DNA of 64,000 nucleotides from Candidatus Binatia bacterium (GTDB lineage Bacteria; Desulfobacterota; Binatia; UBA9968; JAJDTQ01). Where the stretch lies: NCBI GenBank assembly GCA_963666515.2, contig OY762897.2, positions 2,368,001 through 2,432,000 on the forward strand. The letters run 5' to 3'. The translations under genes were made by a program, and so were the position numbers. This document shows positions 37,138 to 47,001 of the stretch, piece by piece; positions within the stretch are counted from its first letter, which is position 1; every line of letters begins with the position of its first letter. A model generated the notes under the pieces. It did no database searches. It had not been told where the DNA came from and saw nothing but the letters and a program-made list of their open reading frames with translations.

Positions 37138-38919
37138 ATGATGTCCCCCTTGGCTGCACTGCCGGAAACCATCACCGCACCGCGCACGGACGCCGTCTAC
37201 AACTGTCACGCCTATCTCACGAAGGTGCCCATCGCCGCCATACGGCCCTTTGTCGAAGCACTCTCTGCTCCCGGAGATACGGTCGTGGACTTCTTCGCAG
37301 GCTCGGGGATGACCGGCTTGGCCGCCCTGATGACCGGCCGCAAAGCGGTCCTCAGTGACATATCCGTACTCGGACAGCACGTTGCCAAGGGCTATCTGGC
37401 CGATGTCTCGCCGTCCGCGTTCCGCCACGCTGCTGCTGCGGTGGTCGAGACAGCGCGCGGCGCGCTGGGCGATCTGTACAGGACCCGTCGGGCCTCTGAC
37501 AGTGCCATTGTGGAAATGGCCCGCACCGTATGGTCCTTTGCCTATATCTGCCCTGCCTGCGCCGAAGAGATCATCTATTACGAACACATCACACCCCGCA
37601 GCGGTCCCCCGGAACAATGCCCCTCATGTGGCGGGCCGTTTGCACGCCGGAACTGGTCACGGGCGGGAGATGTGCCGGTTGACGTCGTGGTGACCGGAGA
37701 AGAAGGCAAACTCACTTCACAGGAAGTTTCCGATATTGACCGGAAAATGATCGCAATCGCCGCGGCCGATCCCCGTCGCAATGATGTGCCGTCCCTCCCC
37801 ATCGACGAAACTCGGGAGATGTACAGCCGGTCGGGGCTTGGGAAAGCAGGTCTGACGGAAACAGTCCGGTTCTTCGCGCCAAGGAACGCTATAGCGCTTC
37901 TTGAGTTGTGGAGCGCCATTCAGGCATATGAAGACAATGACATCCAACGCAAACTGAGTTTCGCCTTTACGGCGATTCTTCCACGAGCTTCCCGGCGCTA
38001 TCAGTGGAGCGCCAAGCGCCCGCTCAACGCACAGAACCAGACCTATTACATCGCTCCAGTCTACTACGAGTGGAATGTCTTCGACCTTTTCTGTCGGAAG
38101 GTAGAGGCGGTCCTGCGGGCCGATCGGGAGTTGTTCGGCGGAAGGAGTGAACCACTGTTCCGTCAAGTGAAGGGGCAGGATGTCTTGTATCAACTCGCGT
38201 CAGCGCACCGCCTGCCACACTTGCCGGACACGTCGGTGGACTACATCTTCACCGACCCGCCTTTCGGCAGCAACATCTTTTACAGCGATATGAGCCTGTT
38301 CCACGAAGCCTGGCTGGGTCGAACTACGGACAACGAAAGCGAGGCCGTTATCCACACTACGGGCGAACGGAAGAACGGCGCGGCCGAGCGCTATGAGGAC
38401 ATTTTGCGCGGCGCGTTCACGGAGGCATTTCGGGTCCTGAAGCCGAGTCGGTACATGTCTGTGGTGTTCGGCAACAGTAACGGCAGTATTTGGGGCCTTG
38501 TACAGCGTGCCCTGCGAGCCGCCGGATTCACGGGCACGCCCGTCCATGTCGCCATCCTCGACAAGGGCCAACGATCGGTCAAAGGTCTGAATTCCGGAAC
38601 CGAGACCGTGGCCACGGTGGACCTCGTCCTTACGGTTCAAAAGCCGGCAGTTGCGCAGCCGTCCGTTCAGGCTCACACGCTATCAAGCGGCGATGCGGCG
38701 GCATTGATCCGGGAATCGCTCGCCAACCTGACCGTCGAGCAAACCCGCAACGCCAGCTATATCTACGTCGGAATCCTGCGGCGGGCCATCCAGAAACACC
38801 GGATTCTGGACGATCTGCATCTCGGTGATGTGCTTGTTGAGCTACGGCGCGCCGGCTACACAATCGACCGCAAGACCGGAATGTTGCACCGCGACCCTGC
38901 CACGGTAACCGCGGCGTGA
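37138..38919 (+). CDS. Amino (N6A/N4C) DNA methyltransferase with zinc ribbon
   Basis: YLTKVP, DFFAGSG (motif I), CPAC...CPSC, FTDPPF (motif IV). Confidence 0.88.
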   Translation: MMSPLAALPETITAPRTDAVYNCHAYLTKVPIAAIRPFVEALSAPGDTVVDFFAGSGMTGLAALMTGRKAVLSDISVLGQHVAKGYLADVSPSAFRHAAAAVVETARGALGDLYRTRRASDSAIVEMARTVWSFAYICPACAEEIIYYEHITPRSGPPEQCPSCGGPFARRNWSRAGDVPVDVVVTGEEGKLTSQEVSDIDRKMIAIAAADPRRNDVPSLPIDETREMYSRSGLGKAGLTETVRFFAPRNAIALLELWSAIQAYEDNDIQRKLSFAFTAILPRASRRYQWSAKRPLNAQNQTYYIAPVYYEWNVFDLFCRKVEAVLRADRELFGGRSEPLFRQVKGQDVLYQLASAHRLPHLPDTSVDYIFTDPPFGSNIFYSDMSLFHEAWLGRTTDNESEAVIHTTGERKNGAAERYEDILRGAFTEAFRVLKPSRYMSVVFGNSNGSIWGLVQRALRAAGFTGTPVHVAILDKGQRSVKGLNSGTETVATVDLVLTVQKPAVAQPSVQAHTLSSGDAAALIRESLANLTVEQTRNASYIYVGILRRAIQKHRILDDLHLGDVLVELRRAGYTIDRKTGMLHRDPATVTAA

Positions 38920-38938
38920 CCTTGTACCAAAATCACGG

Positions 38939-39748
38939 CTATCGACGCTCGCTCAGGAGCCTTACTGCATTCTCCCGCGTCAGCAACTCCACGTCCGCTT
39001 CCCGCTCCAGAAACGGGCGCACGTCCGCGGCCACCCGATCCCACGCCAGCGCGTCGAGGCGACCGCGGATCGTCGCCCGCCAGTTTTCGGGATGCAGCGC
39101 CTCGCCCGCCCAGCCGGTCTGACGCAACGCCGCGTTGAGCAGCGTGAGATTGGGCGCGGGCCACGCCGGGTCGCTCAAGTACCAGATCAGGTCGTACAGA
39201 TCCCGGCCCTTGGTATAGGGACGCTGCAAGAGCGCGTGCAGCTTGCCGGCGAGCAGCGAAGCGCGGTCGTGGTGGCGAAGCCGCAGCGTCACGTGGCGGC
39301 GCACCAGGCAGATCGCCAGGATCGCCCCTGCTGGAGGCCGGGTATCGACCTCGATCCTGATGGCGAGGCTTTCGTCCGGATGCGGTGAGAGTCCTGCCTC
39401 ATGCAACAGCCCCCGGAAGCGCACGAACGCGCTGTGATCCGGGTTCCGGTCACGCACCGCGAGGCCGACGGCGTAACCCTCGCGGGAGAGTTCCGCGCGG
39501 ACGGCCTTCAACCAGGCCCGCAGGTCATAGGCCTCGGGGTCGCCTTCAAGGGTGAAGTCGAGGTCTTCCGAGTAGCGCGGGAGGGCGAAGATAAAGCGCA
39601 GGCATGTGCCGCCCTGGAACGCCAGCGACATCATTGCCCCCTCTCGTTGCAGGACGCCCAGGATGCGCGCCTGAAGGTATTCGCGCGCAATGTTGCGGCC
39701 CTGCAACGGGCCGGCCGCCTGCATGAGATCCAGCAGATGGGCTTTCAC
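38939..39748 (-). CDS. abiEii: AbiEii nucleotidyltransferase toxin (type IV TA)
   Basis: FQGGTCLR, RYSEDLDF, KLHAL, KGRDLYDL. Confidence 0.92.
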   Translation of the reverse strand: MKAHLLDLMQAAGPLQGRNIAREYLQARILGVLQREGAMMSLAFQGGTCLRFIFALPRYSEDLDFTLEGDPEAYDLRAWLKAVRAELSREGYAVGLAVRDRNPDHSAFVRFRGLLHEAGLSPHPDESLAIRIEVDTRPPAGAILAICLVRRHVTLRLRHHDRASLLAGKLHALLQRPYTKGRDLYDLIWYLSDPAWPAPNLTLLNAALRQTGWAGEALHPENWRATIRGRLDALAWDRVAADVRPFLEREADVELLTRENAVRLLSERR

Positions 39749-40383
39749 AGCGCCTCGTAGGACCCGGTCCGGTCTTCCGCCAGGGAACGGACGTGTCGCG
39801 CCGCTCGCAACAGCTTGGGCTTGGCCGCGGCCTGCGCCAGACGGTCCAACTCGTCCAGGTCCAGCGCCTCCAGGTCCAACCGCAACTCATCGATGTACGC
39901 CGGTTCGTCGCCGCCGGGACACAGATGGACGACATCGAGCAACGCCTTCTCGGGCGAGGCCACGAACGCCGTCTGTCTCGGGCCGACATCGACCTCACGG
40001 TAGCCGTAAAGCAGATCGACCTTGACGTGACGAAAGGAAAAGCGGCCCAGCGCGGTCCGGCGAAGTTGCGGCCTGCCGGACGCTACGCTGGTAACCTCGG
40101 CGACGTATTCGGGAATGCAATGCGCATGCGCCAGCGCCGAAAGGCCGCTTACGTAAGACCCTCGCACAAGGCGGTTGGCGACCAGAAAGGGATGCGGTGT
40201 CCGTTTACGATACGGGGGAGCCAGCGCGTACAGCTCACGCCGTAGCCGGTGAATCCGCCCGGCGCGGGTCCAGCGGGCGAGCTGGTGCCTGACCCTTACG
40301 GGATCGGCCTCCCCGCAAAGAAGCAACCCCGTCTCGAACACCGGCTCGTCGGCAACGATTTCGAGCAATCGGTGAAACTTCAC
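39745..40383 (-). CDS. abiEi: AbiEi antitoxin / transcriptional regulator
   Basis: RLRRELY, SYVSGLSAL, ASPEKALLD. 4-nt overlap with abiEii. Confidence 0.88.
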   Translation of the reverse strand: MKFHRLLEIVADEPVFETGLLLCGEADPVRVRHQLARWTRAGRIHRLRRELYALAPPYRKRTPHPFLVANRLVRGSYVSGLSALAHAHCIPEYVAEVTSVASGRPQLRRTALGRFSFRHVKVDLLYGYREVDVGPRQTAFVASPEKALLDVVHLCPGGDEPAYIDELRLDLEALDLDELDRLAQAAAKPKLLRAARHVRSLAEDRTGSYEAL

Positions 40384-40389
40384 GGAAAA

Positions 40390-40418
40390 AAAGTATCAAA
40401 TATGTCAAGTTAATGCAA
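40390..40418 (-). promoter_or_regulatory. Sigma70-type promoter of abiE, probably leaderless
   Basis: Minus strand TTGCAT-17 bp-TACTTT, 6 nt before GTG, with no Shine-Dalgarno. Confidence 0.55.
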
Positions 40419-40430
40419 TGATTTATGCCA

Positions 40431-43178
40431 CTACAACGCTTCCACCCGCGCCGCGCAGAACTTGTACTCGGGTATCTTGCCGAAGGGGTCCAGCGCCGGG
40501 TTGGTCAGCAGGTTCACCGCCGCTTCGGCGAAACAGAACGGGATGAAGACGCATCCGTCGGGGACGGCGCTGTCGGCGCGGGACTTGATCTCGATGACGC
40601 CGCGGCGTGTGGAGACGCGCACCATCTCGCCGGCGGACACGCCCAGCCGTCTCAACTCCGCGGGTGAGAGATTCGCCACCGCTTCGGGCTCCAGTTCGTC
40701 CAGCACGCTGGCGCGCCGGGTGATGGCGCCGGTGTGCCAGTGCTCCAGTTGCCGGCCGGTGCTGAGGATCATGGGAAATGACTCGTCGGGCTGCTCGTCG
40801 GGCGGGATGATGTCCACGGGCACGAGCTTCCCGCGTCCGCTGTCGGTGGGGAAGCCGTCGCCGAACACGACGTCGGTCCCCGGCTGGTCCGGCGCCGGGC
40901 ACGGGTAGGTCACGGAGCTTTCGCGCTCCACCCGCTCCCAGGTGATGTGGTCCAGGGACGGCATGACCTGTTTCATCTCCGCGAACACGTCGGCCGGGCC
41001 GGTGTAGCTCCAGTCGAGGCCCATGCGCTGCGCGATCTCCTGGATGATCCACCAGTCCTGGCGCACGCCGGGCGGGGGCGTGAGCGCGGCCCTTCCCATC
41101 TGCACTTGGCGGTTGCTGTTGGTGACGGTGCCGTCCTTCTCCGGCCATGCCGAGGCCGGCAGCACCACGTCCGCGTGAAAGGCCGTCTCGGTGAGGAATA
41201 TCTCCTGCACCACCAGGTGCTCCAGCCGGGCCAGGGCCTCGCGCGCGTGCTGCACGTCGGGGTCCGACATGGCTGGGTTCTCCCCCATGATGTAAATACC
41301 CTTGATCCTCCCCGCGTGCACGCCGTCCACGATCTCCATCACCGTGAGGCCCCGTTGCGGGTCCAGGGCCGTGTTCCAGACCTCCTCGAAGCGCCGGCGC
41401 GTATCCGCCTGTTCCACCGACCGGTAGTCGGGGTAGAACATCGGGATCAGGCCCGCGTCCGAAGCGCCCTGCACGTTGTTCTGGCCGCGCAACGGGTGGA
41501 GCCCGGTGCCCGGCCGCCCGACCTGTCCGGTGACCAGGGCCAGGGCGATGAGGCAGCGGGCGTTGTCGGTGCCGTGGATGTGCTGCGAGATGCCCATGCC
41601 CCAGAAGATGATGGCGGCGTTGGCCTGGGCGTAGAGACACGCCACCGAGCGAAGCGTCTCGGCGTCGATACCGCAGATTTCCGCCATGGCCTCCGGCGGG
41701 AAGTCCGCCACGTGCCGCTTCAACTCCTCGAAGCCTTCGGTGTGGGCGGCCACGTAGTCGCGGTCGTAGAGCCCTTCCTCGATGATGACGTTGAGCAGGC
41801 TGTTCAACAGCGCCACGTCGGCGCCGGGCCTGAACTGGAGCATCCGGGTGGCGTGGCGCCGCAGGGCCTGGCCCCGAGGGTCCATGACGATCAGCTCGGC
41901 CCCCCGCCTGGCCGCCTGCTTGAAATAGGTGGCCGCCACCGGGTGGTTCTCGGTGGGGTTGGCGCCGATGACGACGATGACGTCCGAGTCCTCGCAGGCG
42001 GTGAAGGGCGCGGTCACCGCGGCCGAGCCGATGCCCTCCATGAGCGCCGCCACCGAGGACGCATGGCACAGCCGGGTGCAGTGGTCCACGTTGTTGGTGC
42101 CAAAGCCCGTGCGCACGAGCTTCTGCACCAAGTAGGCCTCCTCGTTGGAGCCCTTGGCCGAGCCGTAGGCCGCCAGGGCGTCGCCTCCGTCGCGCTCCCG
42201 GATCTTCCGGAGCCCCGCCGCCGCCACGTCCAGCGCCTCCTCCCAGGTGGCTTCGCGGAAGTGAGTGTACGGGTTGGCCGGATCGATATCCGCCGATGCG
42301 TCCTTGGGCGCGTCCTCGCGGCGGATCAGCGGCACGGTGAGCCGGTGCGGGTGGCTGACGTAGTCGAAGCCGAACCGGCCCTTGACGCACAGGCGGCCGC
42401 GGTTGGACGGGCCCGTGCGGCCCTGGACCGCGGCGATGGCGTTGTCTTTGACGAGATAGTCGATCTGGCAGCCCACGCCGCAGTAGGGGCAGACGCTGGG
42501 CACCTCGGTGAGGTCCTCGCGCTTGTCCACGCCGTCCGCATCCACCAGCGACGCGGGCATCAGCGCGCCGGTGGGACACGCCTGCACGCACTCGCCGCAG
42601 GCCACGCACGTGCTGTCGCCCATGGGATCGTCGAAGTCGAAGACCACCTTGGCGCCGGCCCCCCGATAGGCCATGCCGATGACGTCGTTCACCTGCACCT
42701 CGCGGCAGGCTCGCACGCACAGGGTGCAATGGATGCAGGCGTCGAGGGCCACCCGCATGGCTGGATGGCTGGCGTCGGGGACCGGCGCCTCGCGCGCGGG
42801 AAAGCGGCTGCCGGTGACCTGCGTTCGCTCGGCCCACTGCCACAGGCGCGAGCCGGAGTCGTGGGCCGTTTCCCTAGCGGGCTGGTCCGCCATCAGCAGC
42901 TCCAGCACCATCCGGCGGGCGCTCCGGGCCCGCTCGCTGCCGGTGCTCACCTTCATGCCGCCGGCGGGACGCCGGATGCACGAAGCGGCCAGCACGCGCT
43001 CCCCTTCCACCTCCACCATGCACGCGCGGCAGTTGCCGTCGGGCCGGTAGCCGGGCTGGGGATCGTAGCACAGGTGCGGGATCGTCGTGCCGTTCCGCTC
43101 GGCCACCTGCCAGATGGTCTCGCCGGGCGCCGCCTCCACCTCGCGTCCGTCGAGCATGAAACGCACGGGTTCACTCAC
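40431..43178 (-). CDS. Formate dehydrogenase alpha subunit (Mo/W-bisPGD, Cys ligand)
   Basis: 2Fe-2S and 4Fe-4S Cys motifs, CPYCGVGC, RLCHASS, PLRGQNNVQG, PEYKFCA. GTG start overlaps the upstream TGA. Confidence 0.95.
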   Translation of the reverse strand: MSEPVRFMLDGREVEAAPGETIWQVAERNGTTIPHLCYDPQPGYRPDGNCRACMVEVEGERVLAASCIRRPAGGMKVSTGSERARSARRMVLELLMADQPARETAHDSGSRLWQWAERTQVTGSRFPAREAPVPDASHPAMRVALDACIHCTLCVRACREVQVNDVIGMAYRGAGAKVVFDFDDPMGDSTCVACGECVQACPTGALMPASLVDADGVDKREDLTEVPSVCPYCGVGCQIDYLVKDNAIAAVQGRTGPSNRGRLCVKGRFGFDYVSHPHRLTVPLIRREDAPKDASADIDPANPYTHFREATWEEALDVAAAGLRKIRERDGGDALAAYGSAKGSNEEAYLVQKLVRTGFGTNNVDHCTRLCHASSVAALMEGIGSAAVTAPFTACEDSDVIVVIGANPTENHPVAATYFKQAARRGAELIVMDPRGQALRRHATRMLQFRPGADVALLNSLLNVIIEEGLYDRDYVAAHTEGFEELKRHVADFPPEAMAEICGIDAETLRSVACLYAQANAAIIFWGMGISQHIHGTDNARCLIALALVTGQVGRPGTGLHPLRGQNNVQGASDAGLIPMFYPDYRSVEQADTRRRFEEVWNTALDPQRGLTVMEIVDGVHAGRIKGIYIMGENPAMSDPDVQHAREALARLEHLVVQEIFLTETAFHADVVLPASAWPEKDGTVTNSNRQVQMGRAALTPPPGVRQDWWIIQEIAQRMGLDWSYTGPADVFAEMKQVMPSLDHITWERVERESSVTYPCPAPDQPGTDVVFGDGFPTDSGRGKLVPVDIIPPDEQPDESFPMILSTGRQLEHWHTGAITRRASVLDELEPEAVANLSPAELRRLGVSAGEMVRVSTRRGVIEIKSRADSAVPDGCVFIPFCFAEAAVNLLTNPALDPFGKIPEYKFCAARVEAL

Positions 43179-44878
43179 GTCAACTCCTCCCGGAAGTAGC
43201 GGAACGCACAGCGCACCGAGTTGGGGGCCGCTTGGCCGAGGCCGCAGATGGAGGCGTCCGTCATGGCCTCGCCCAGCGACTCCAGCAGCGGCTCGTCCCA
43301 GGAGGGCCGCTCCAGCAGCGTCACCGCCTTCTCCGTCCCCACCCGGCACGGCGTGCACTGCCCGCAGCTCTCGTGCTTGAAGAAGCGCATCAGGTTGCGC
43401 ACCACGGCCTTCACGTCGTCCTTGTCGCTCAACACCACCACCCCGTGGGAGCCGACGAAACAGCCGTGCTGCTCCAGGGATCCGAACTGGAGCGGCAGGT
43501 CGGCCATGGAAGCCGGCAGAATCCCGCCCGAGGCGCCGCCGGGAAGGTAGCCCTTGAGGCGGTGACCGGGCGCCATGCCGCCGCAATGCTCGTCGATCAG
43601 CTCACGGACCGTGATGCCGGTGGGCGCGATCTTGACCCCCGGACGGGCTACCCGTCCCGATACCGAGTAGGCGTGAAGGCCGGCGCCGCCGTTGCGGCCC
43701 TGGGCGGTGAACCATTCCGGCCCCTTCTCCAGAATGTCCCGGACCCAGTAGAGCGTCTCGACGTTCTGCACCAGGGTGGGACGGCCGAACAGGCCGGTCT
43801 CCGCCACGTAGGGCGGCCGGTGCCGCGGCAGCCCGCGCTTGCCCTCGATGCTTTCGATCATGGCCGACTCTTCGCCGCAGATGTAGGCTCCGGCGCCGCG
43901 GCGCAGGTGCACATCCACGTGGGCGTCCAGACCGGCTTCCCGAAGCCTGGGCAACTCCCGCGACAGGATCTCCCGCGCCTCGGCGTACTCGTCCCGCAGG
44001 TAGATGTAGGCGGCCTCCGCTTCCACCGCCCAAGCCGCCACCAACACCCCTTCCAGGAACCGGTGCGGATCGCTCTCCATGAAGTAGCGGTCCTTGAAGG
44101 TGCCGGGCTCGCCCTCGTCCGCGTTGACGGTCATGAGCCGCGGGCCGGGATAGCCGCGCACGATCTGCCACTTGCGGCCGGTGGGGAAGCCCGCGCCGCC
44201 GAGGCCCCGAAGGCCTGAAGCCGTCACCTGTTCCACGATCTCCTCGCAGCTTCGGCCCCCCGCCAGACACTCCCTCAGGAGGGCGTAGCCGCCCTCCGCG
44301 GCGTACGCACCGTAGTCCCGGTAGGCCGGAATCGCGGCCTCGACCTCCCGGCGCCGGACCGGCCCCGCCACCGACTCCAGGGTGGCCCGCTCCACGTAGA
44401 GACGCCCCACCCTGGCCACCGGAGCGCGGTCGCAACCGCCCATGCACGGACCCGGCAACACCCGAACCCCATGCCCCAAAGCATCCGTCAGGCTGTCCAG
44501 CAGAGCCCGCGAACCCATCATCTCGCACACCAGTCCGTCACACACACGCACGGTCAGATCCGCGGGCGGAACCGTGCCGTCCCGGATCACGTCGAAGTGG
44601 GCGTAGAACGTCGCCACCTCGTAGACTTCCGCCAGGGCCAAGCGCATCTCGTCCGCCAGCGCCGCCAAGTGCGCTACGGACAGCACTTGGTAACGGTCCT
44701 GAATGAGGTGCAGGTGCTCGATCAGGAGATCCCGGCGCCGCGGGCGGTCGCCGAGCAACGCCCGCACCTGCTCCAGCGCCTCCAGGTCTACCTGCCTGCC
44801 CCGTGGACGGTTCCGGCCGAGGCCGCGCCCGGAACCGGGATGCTGCCGCCGCCGTGGCGGCTCGTGCGTTTCGGCCAT
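43175..44878 (-). CDS. NAD-linked FDH flavoprotein subunit (NuoE/NuoF-like fusion)
   Basis: EVATFY, GLRGLGGAGFPTG, NADEGEPGTFKDR, YICGEES, CGQCTPC. Confidence 0.93.
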   Translation of the reverse strand: MAETHEPPRRRQHPGSGRGLGRNRPRGRQVDLEALEQVRALLGDRPRRRDLLIEHLHLIQDRYQVLSVAHLAALADEMRLALAEVYEVATFYAHFDVIRDGTVPPADLTVRVCDGLVCEMMGSRALLDSLTDALGHGVRVLPGPCMGGCDRAPVARVGRLYVERATLESVAGPVRRREVEAAIPAYRDYGAYAAEGGYALLRECLAGGRSCEEIVEQVTASGLRGLGGAGFPTGRKWQIVRGYPGPRLMTVNADEGEPGTFKDRYFMESDPHRFLEGVLVAAWAVEAEAAYIYLRDEYAEAREILSRELPRLREAGLDAHVDVHLRRGAGAYICGEESAMIESIEGKRGLPRHRPPYVAETGLFGRPTLVQNVETLYWVRDILEKGPEWFTAQGRNGGAGLHAYSVSGRVARPGVKIAPTGITVRELIDEHCGGMAPGHRLKGYLPGGASGGILPASMADLPLQFGSLEQHGCFVGSHGVVVLSDKDDVKAVVRNLMRFFKHESCGQCTPCRVGTEKAVTLLERPSWDEPLLESLGEAMTDASICGLGQAAPNSVRCAFRYFREELT

Positions 44879-44929
44879 CTTCTCAGGCTTCCCGGTTCGA
44901 CATCCGTGAACGGCGCGATGTGCGCTTGC

Positions 44930-45109
44930 TCACCGACTCTCCTTCTCGAGGCGCTCGATCAGCGCCGCCAACTCGTCGAGACGCTGCCGTGCATCCGCCG
45001 CCGACCGGGCCACCCTATCCGCCGCGGCCCCGTCATGCACCGCGTCCTCCAGGGTCGTCACGGCGATACCGAATACCTTCAGCAGACGGCGCACTTCATC
45101 GCTTGGCAT
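44930..45109 (-). CDS. Small helical hypothetical protein downstream of aor
   Basis: 59 aa, MPSDEVRRLLKVFGIAVTTLEDAV..., with GC-rich codon usage like its neighbours. Confidence 0.6.
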   Translation of the reverse strand: MPSDEVRRLLKVFGIAVTTLEDAVHDGAAADRVARSAADARQRLDELAALIERLEKESR

Positions 45110-45151
45110 CAAGAGCCCTTTCATCCGGCTGTGTTTGTCCCTCCCCACCCC

Positions 45152-45180
45152 CTGGATTCCTGCTTTCGCGGGAATGACGG
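45152..45180. repeat. REP-like palindromic element
   Basis: CTGGATTCCTGCTTTCGCGGGAATGACGG (ATTCC...GGAAT hairpin). Same type of ends as the element at 52802. Confidence 0.7.
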
Positions 45181-45192
45181 TTGGGGCGTGGG

Positions 45193-47001
45193 TCATGTAA
45201 CACACGCGCTCAGTCCCAACGCCTCCAGCTTGGCCCGAGACACACGGCCATCCTCGTCCCACTCGCGGGCGCTGTAGTAATCCCGGATCATCTCTCGCAG
45301 CTCGTCGCGGGTGAGCCGCGTCCCCTGGGCCACGCCCGTGGCCAGGGATTCGGTGAGCACCCGAAGCGGCAGGCCGTCGTCCTCGGGGCGCCAGCCCTCG
45401 CGCTGGTTGAAGCAGCGCTTGAGCGTATGTATCCGCTCCGCGGCGCGCCGCAGCTCGTCCGCGGTGCAGTCCCAGCCCGTGACCTTGGCCAACAGGTCCG
45501 CGGCTTCGCCGTAGAAGTCGTGGAAGCAGCGCCGCAGGAACTTGCACACGATGAGGGAATCCTGCGCCGCGGCGAAGTCTTCGGAGGCGGCCACCAGCGC
45601 GCCCCGGCCCGGCCCGGACGCGAGCCGGTCCACCTCGCCGGAGAAATCGGCTTCGTAGGCTCCGGAACGGTTATGGCAGGCGCCCCGTGGACTCACCGCC
45701 AGACCCAGGGCCATGGTCTTGAGGCTCCGGGGCTCGTATCCGGGAAGCTCCAGCCCCTTGACCTGCATGGCCCAGTCCAGGGAGTCGTGGCCCACCGCCA
45801 GCGCCGCGCGCCGGGAGCCCTCGGCCAGCAGGTCGCCGACCCCCCGGCGCTCCGCGATGGCGGGGATGGCGGCCAGCACGGCCTGCGCGGAGCCGAAGCG
45901 CAGATCGCCGGCCTCCGGCAGCAACCCCCGCTCCACGCACTCCATGGCCCAGGCCAGGGTGCCGCCGGCGCTGATGCTGTCGATCCCGTATTCGTCGCAG
46001 AGCCGGGCGGCCTCCAGCACCGCGTCGGGATCCTCGATGCCGCACAGGGGCCCAAGGGCGAACAGCGTCTCGTACTCCATGCGCTGCTCGGCGCCGGATG
46101 CCGACTTGAACAGCCGCTCGCAACGGATGGTGCAGGAAGCGCACCCGTGGCGGCGGCTGAAGCTCGTCTCGGTGAGGCTCTCGCCGCTGAGGGCGTCGGC
46201 CGCGTCGAAGGTGGGCTGCTGAAAGTTGCGCGTGGGCAGGGCGCCGAGCCGGTCGAACACCGCCAGGTTCGCCACCGTGCCGACCTCCCGGTACTTGGCG
46301 GTGTGCTCCCCCAGGCTCCGTTGCCGCAGTGCCGCGGCCGCGGCCGCCACTCCCTCCGGGTCCGCCACCGACACCCGGGCGTTGCCGGACAACGCGACGG
46401 CCTTGAGGTTCTTGGAGCCCATGACCGCGCCGACGCCGCCGCGGCCCGCGTGCCGGCCCTCGTTGCTGATGGTTGCGAAGCGCACCCGGTTCTCTCCGGC
46501 CACGCCGATGGAGGCCACCCTCACGGCATCGTTCCGTAGCTCCGCGCGGATGGCGGTCTCCGTGTCCGCGGCGCTCCGCCCCCAGAGATGGCGCGCGTCC
46601 CGCAGTTCCACCCTGTCGTTGCCGATGAACAGCCAGCACGGGTTCGGAGCCCGTCCCGTCACCACCACCGCGTCCACGCCCACGGCCTTCAATTCCAGCG
46701 CGAAGAAGCTGGACGACAGCGAGTCGGCGATGAAACCGGTCAGAGGCGACTTCGTGACTACCGCGTACTTGGCGGTGGTGGTGAGCCCGGTCCCGGCCAG
46801 CGGCGCGCTGGCGAGGATCAGGGGGTTCTCCGGCGCCAGCGGCTCCACGGCCGGAGGGGCGAAGTCGTAGAGCAGGCTCGTGCCGAGGCCGATTCCGCCG
46901 AGAAAGGCCCGAAGCCGGCCCTCTCCGGTCTCGAGCCGGCAGTGGCGGCCCGTGCCCAGGTCCACGTGCAGCAGCCTGTCGTGAAACCCGTGCACGGTCA
47001 T
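45193..47001 (-). CDS. aor: Aldehyde ferredoxin oxidoreductase (tungsten AOR family)
   Basis: KSPLTG, AGRGGVGAVMGSKNLKA, CASCTIRC, EYETL, YGIDSIS, GACH, CKF. Confidence 0.93.
   Translation of the reverse strand: MTVHGFHDRLLHVDLGTGRHCRLETGEGRLRAFLGGIGLGTSLLYDFAPPAVEPLAPENPLILASAPLAGTGLTTTAKYAVVTKSPLTGFIADSLSSSFFALELKAVGVDAVVVTGRAPNPCWLFIGNDRVELRDARHLWGRSAADTETAIRAELRNDAVRVASIGVAGENRVRFATISNEGRHAGRGGVGAVMGSKNLKAVALSGNARVSVADPEGVAAAAAALRQRSLGEHTAKYREVGTVANLAVFDRLGALPTRNFQQPTFDAADALSGESLTETSFSRRHGCASCTIRCERLFKSASGAEQRMEYETLFALGPLCGIEDPDAVLEAARLCDEYGIDSISAGGTLAWAMECVERGLLPEAGDLRFGSAQAVLAAIPAIAERRGVGDLLAEGSRRAALAVGHDSLDWAMQVKGLELPGYEPRSLKTMALGLAVSPRGACHNRSGAYEADFSGEVDRLASGPGRGALVAASEDFAAAQDSLIVCKFLRRCFHDFYGEAADLLAKVTGWDCTADELRRAAERIHTLKRCFNQREGWRPEDDGLPLRVLTESLATGVAQGTRLTRDELREMIRDYYSAREWDEDGRVSRAKLEALGLSACVT

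Noticed and set aside
42055-42085. Selenocysteine in formate dehydrogenase
   Set aside because: The active site reads RLCHASS with a TGC codon, and there is no in-frame UGA.
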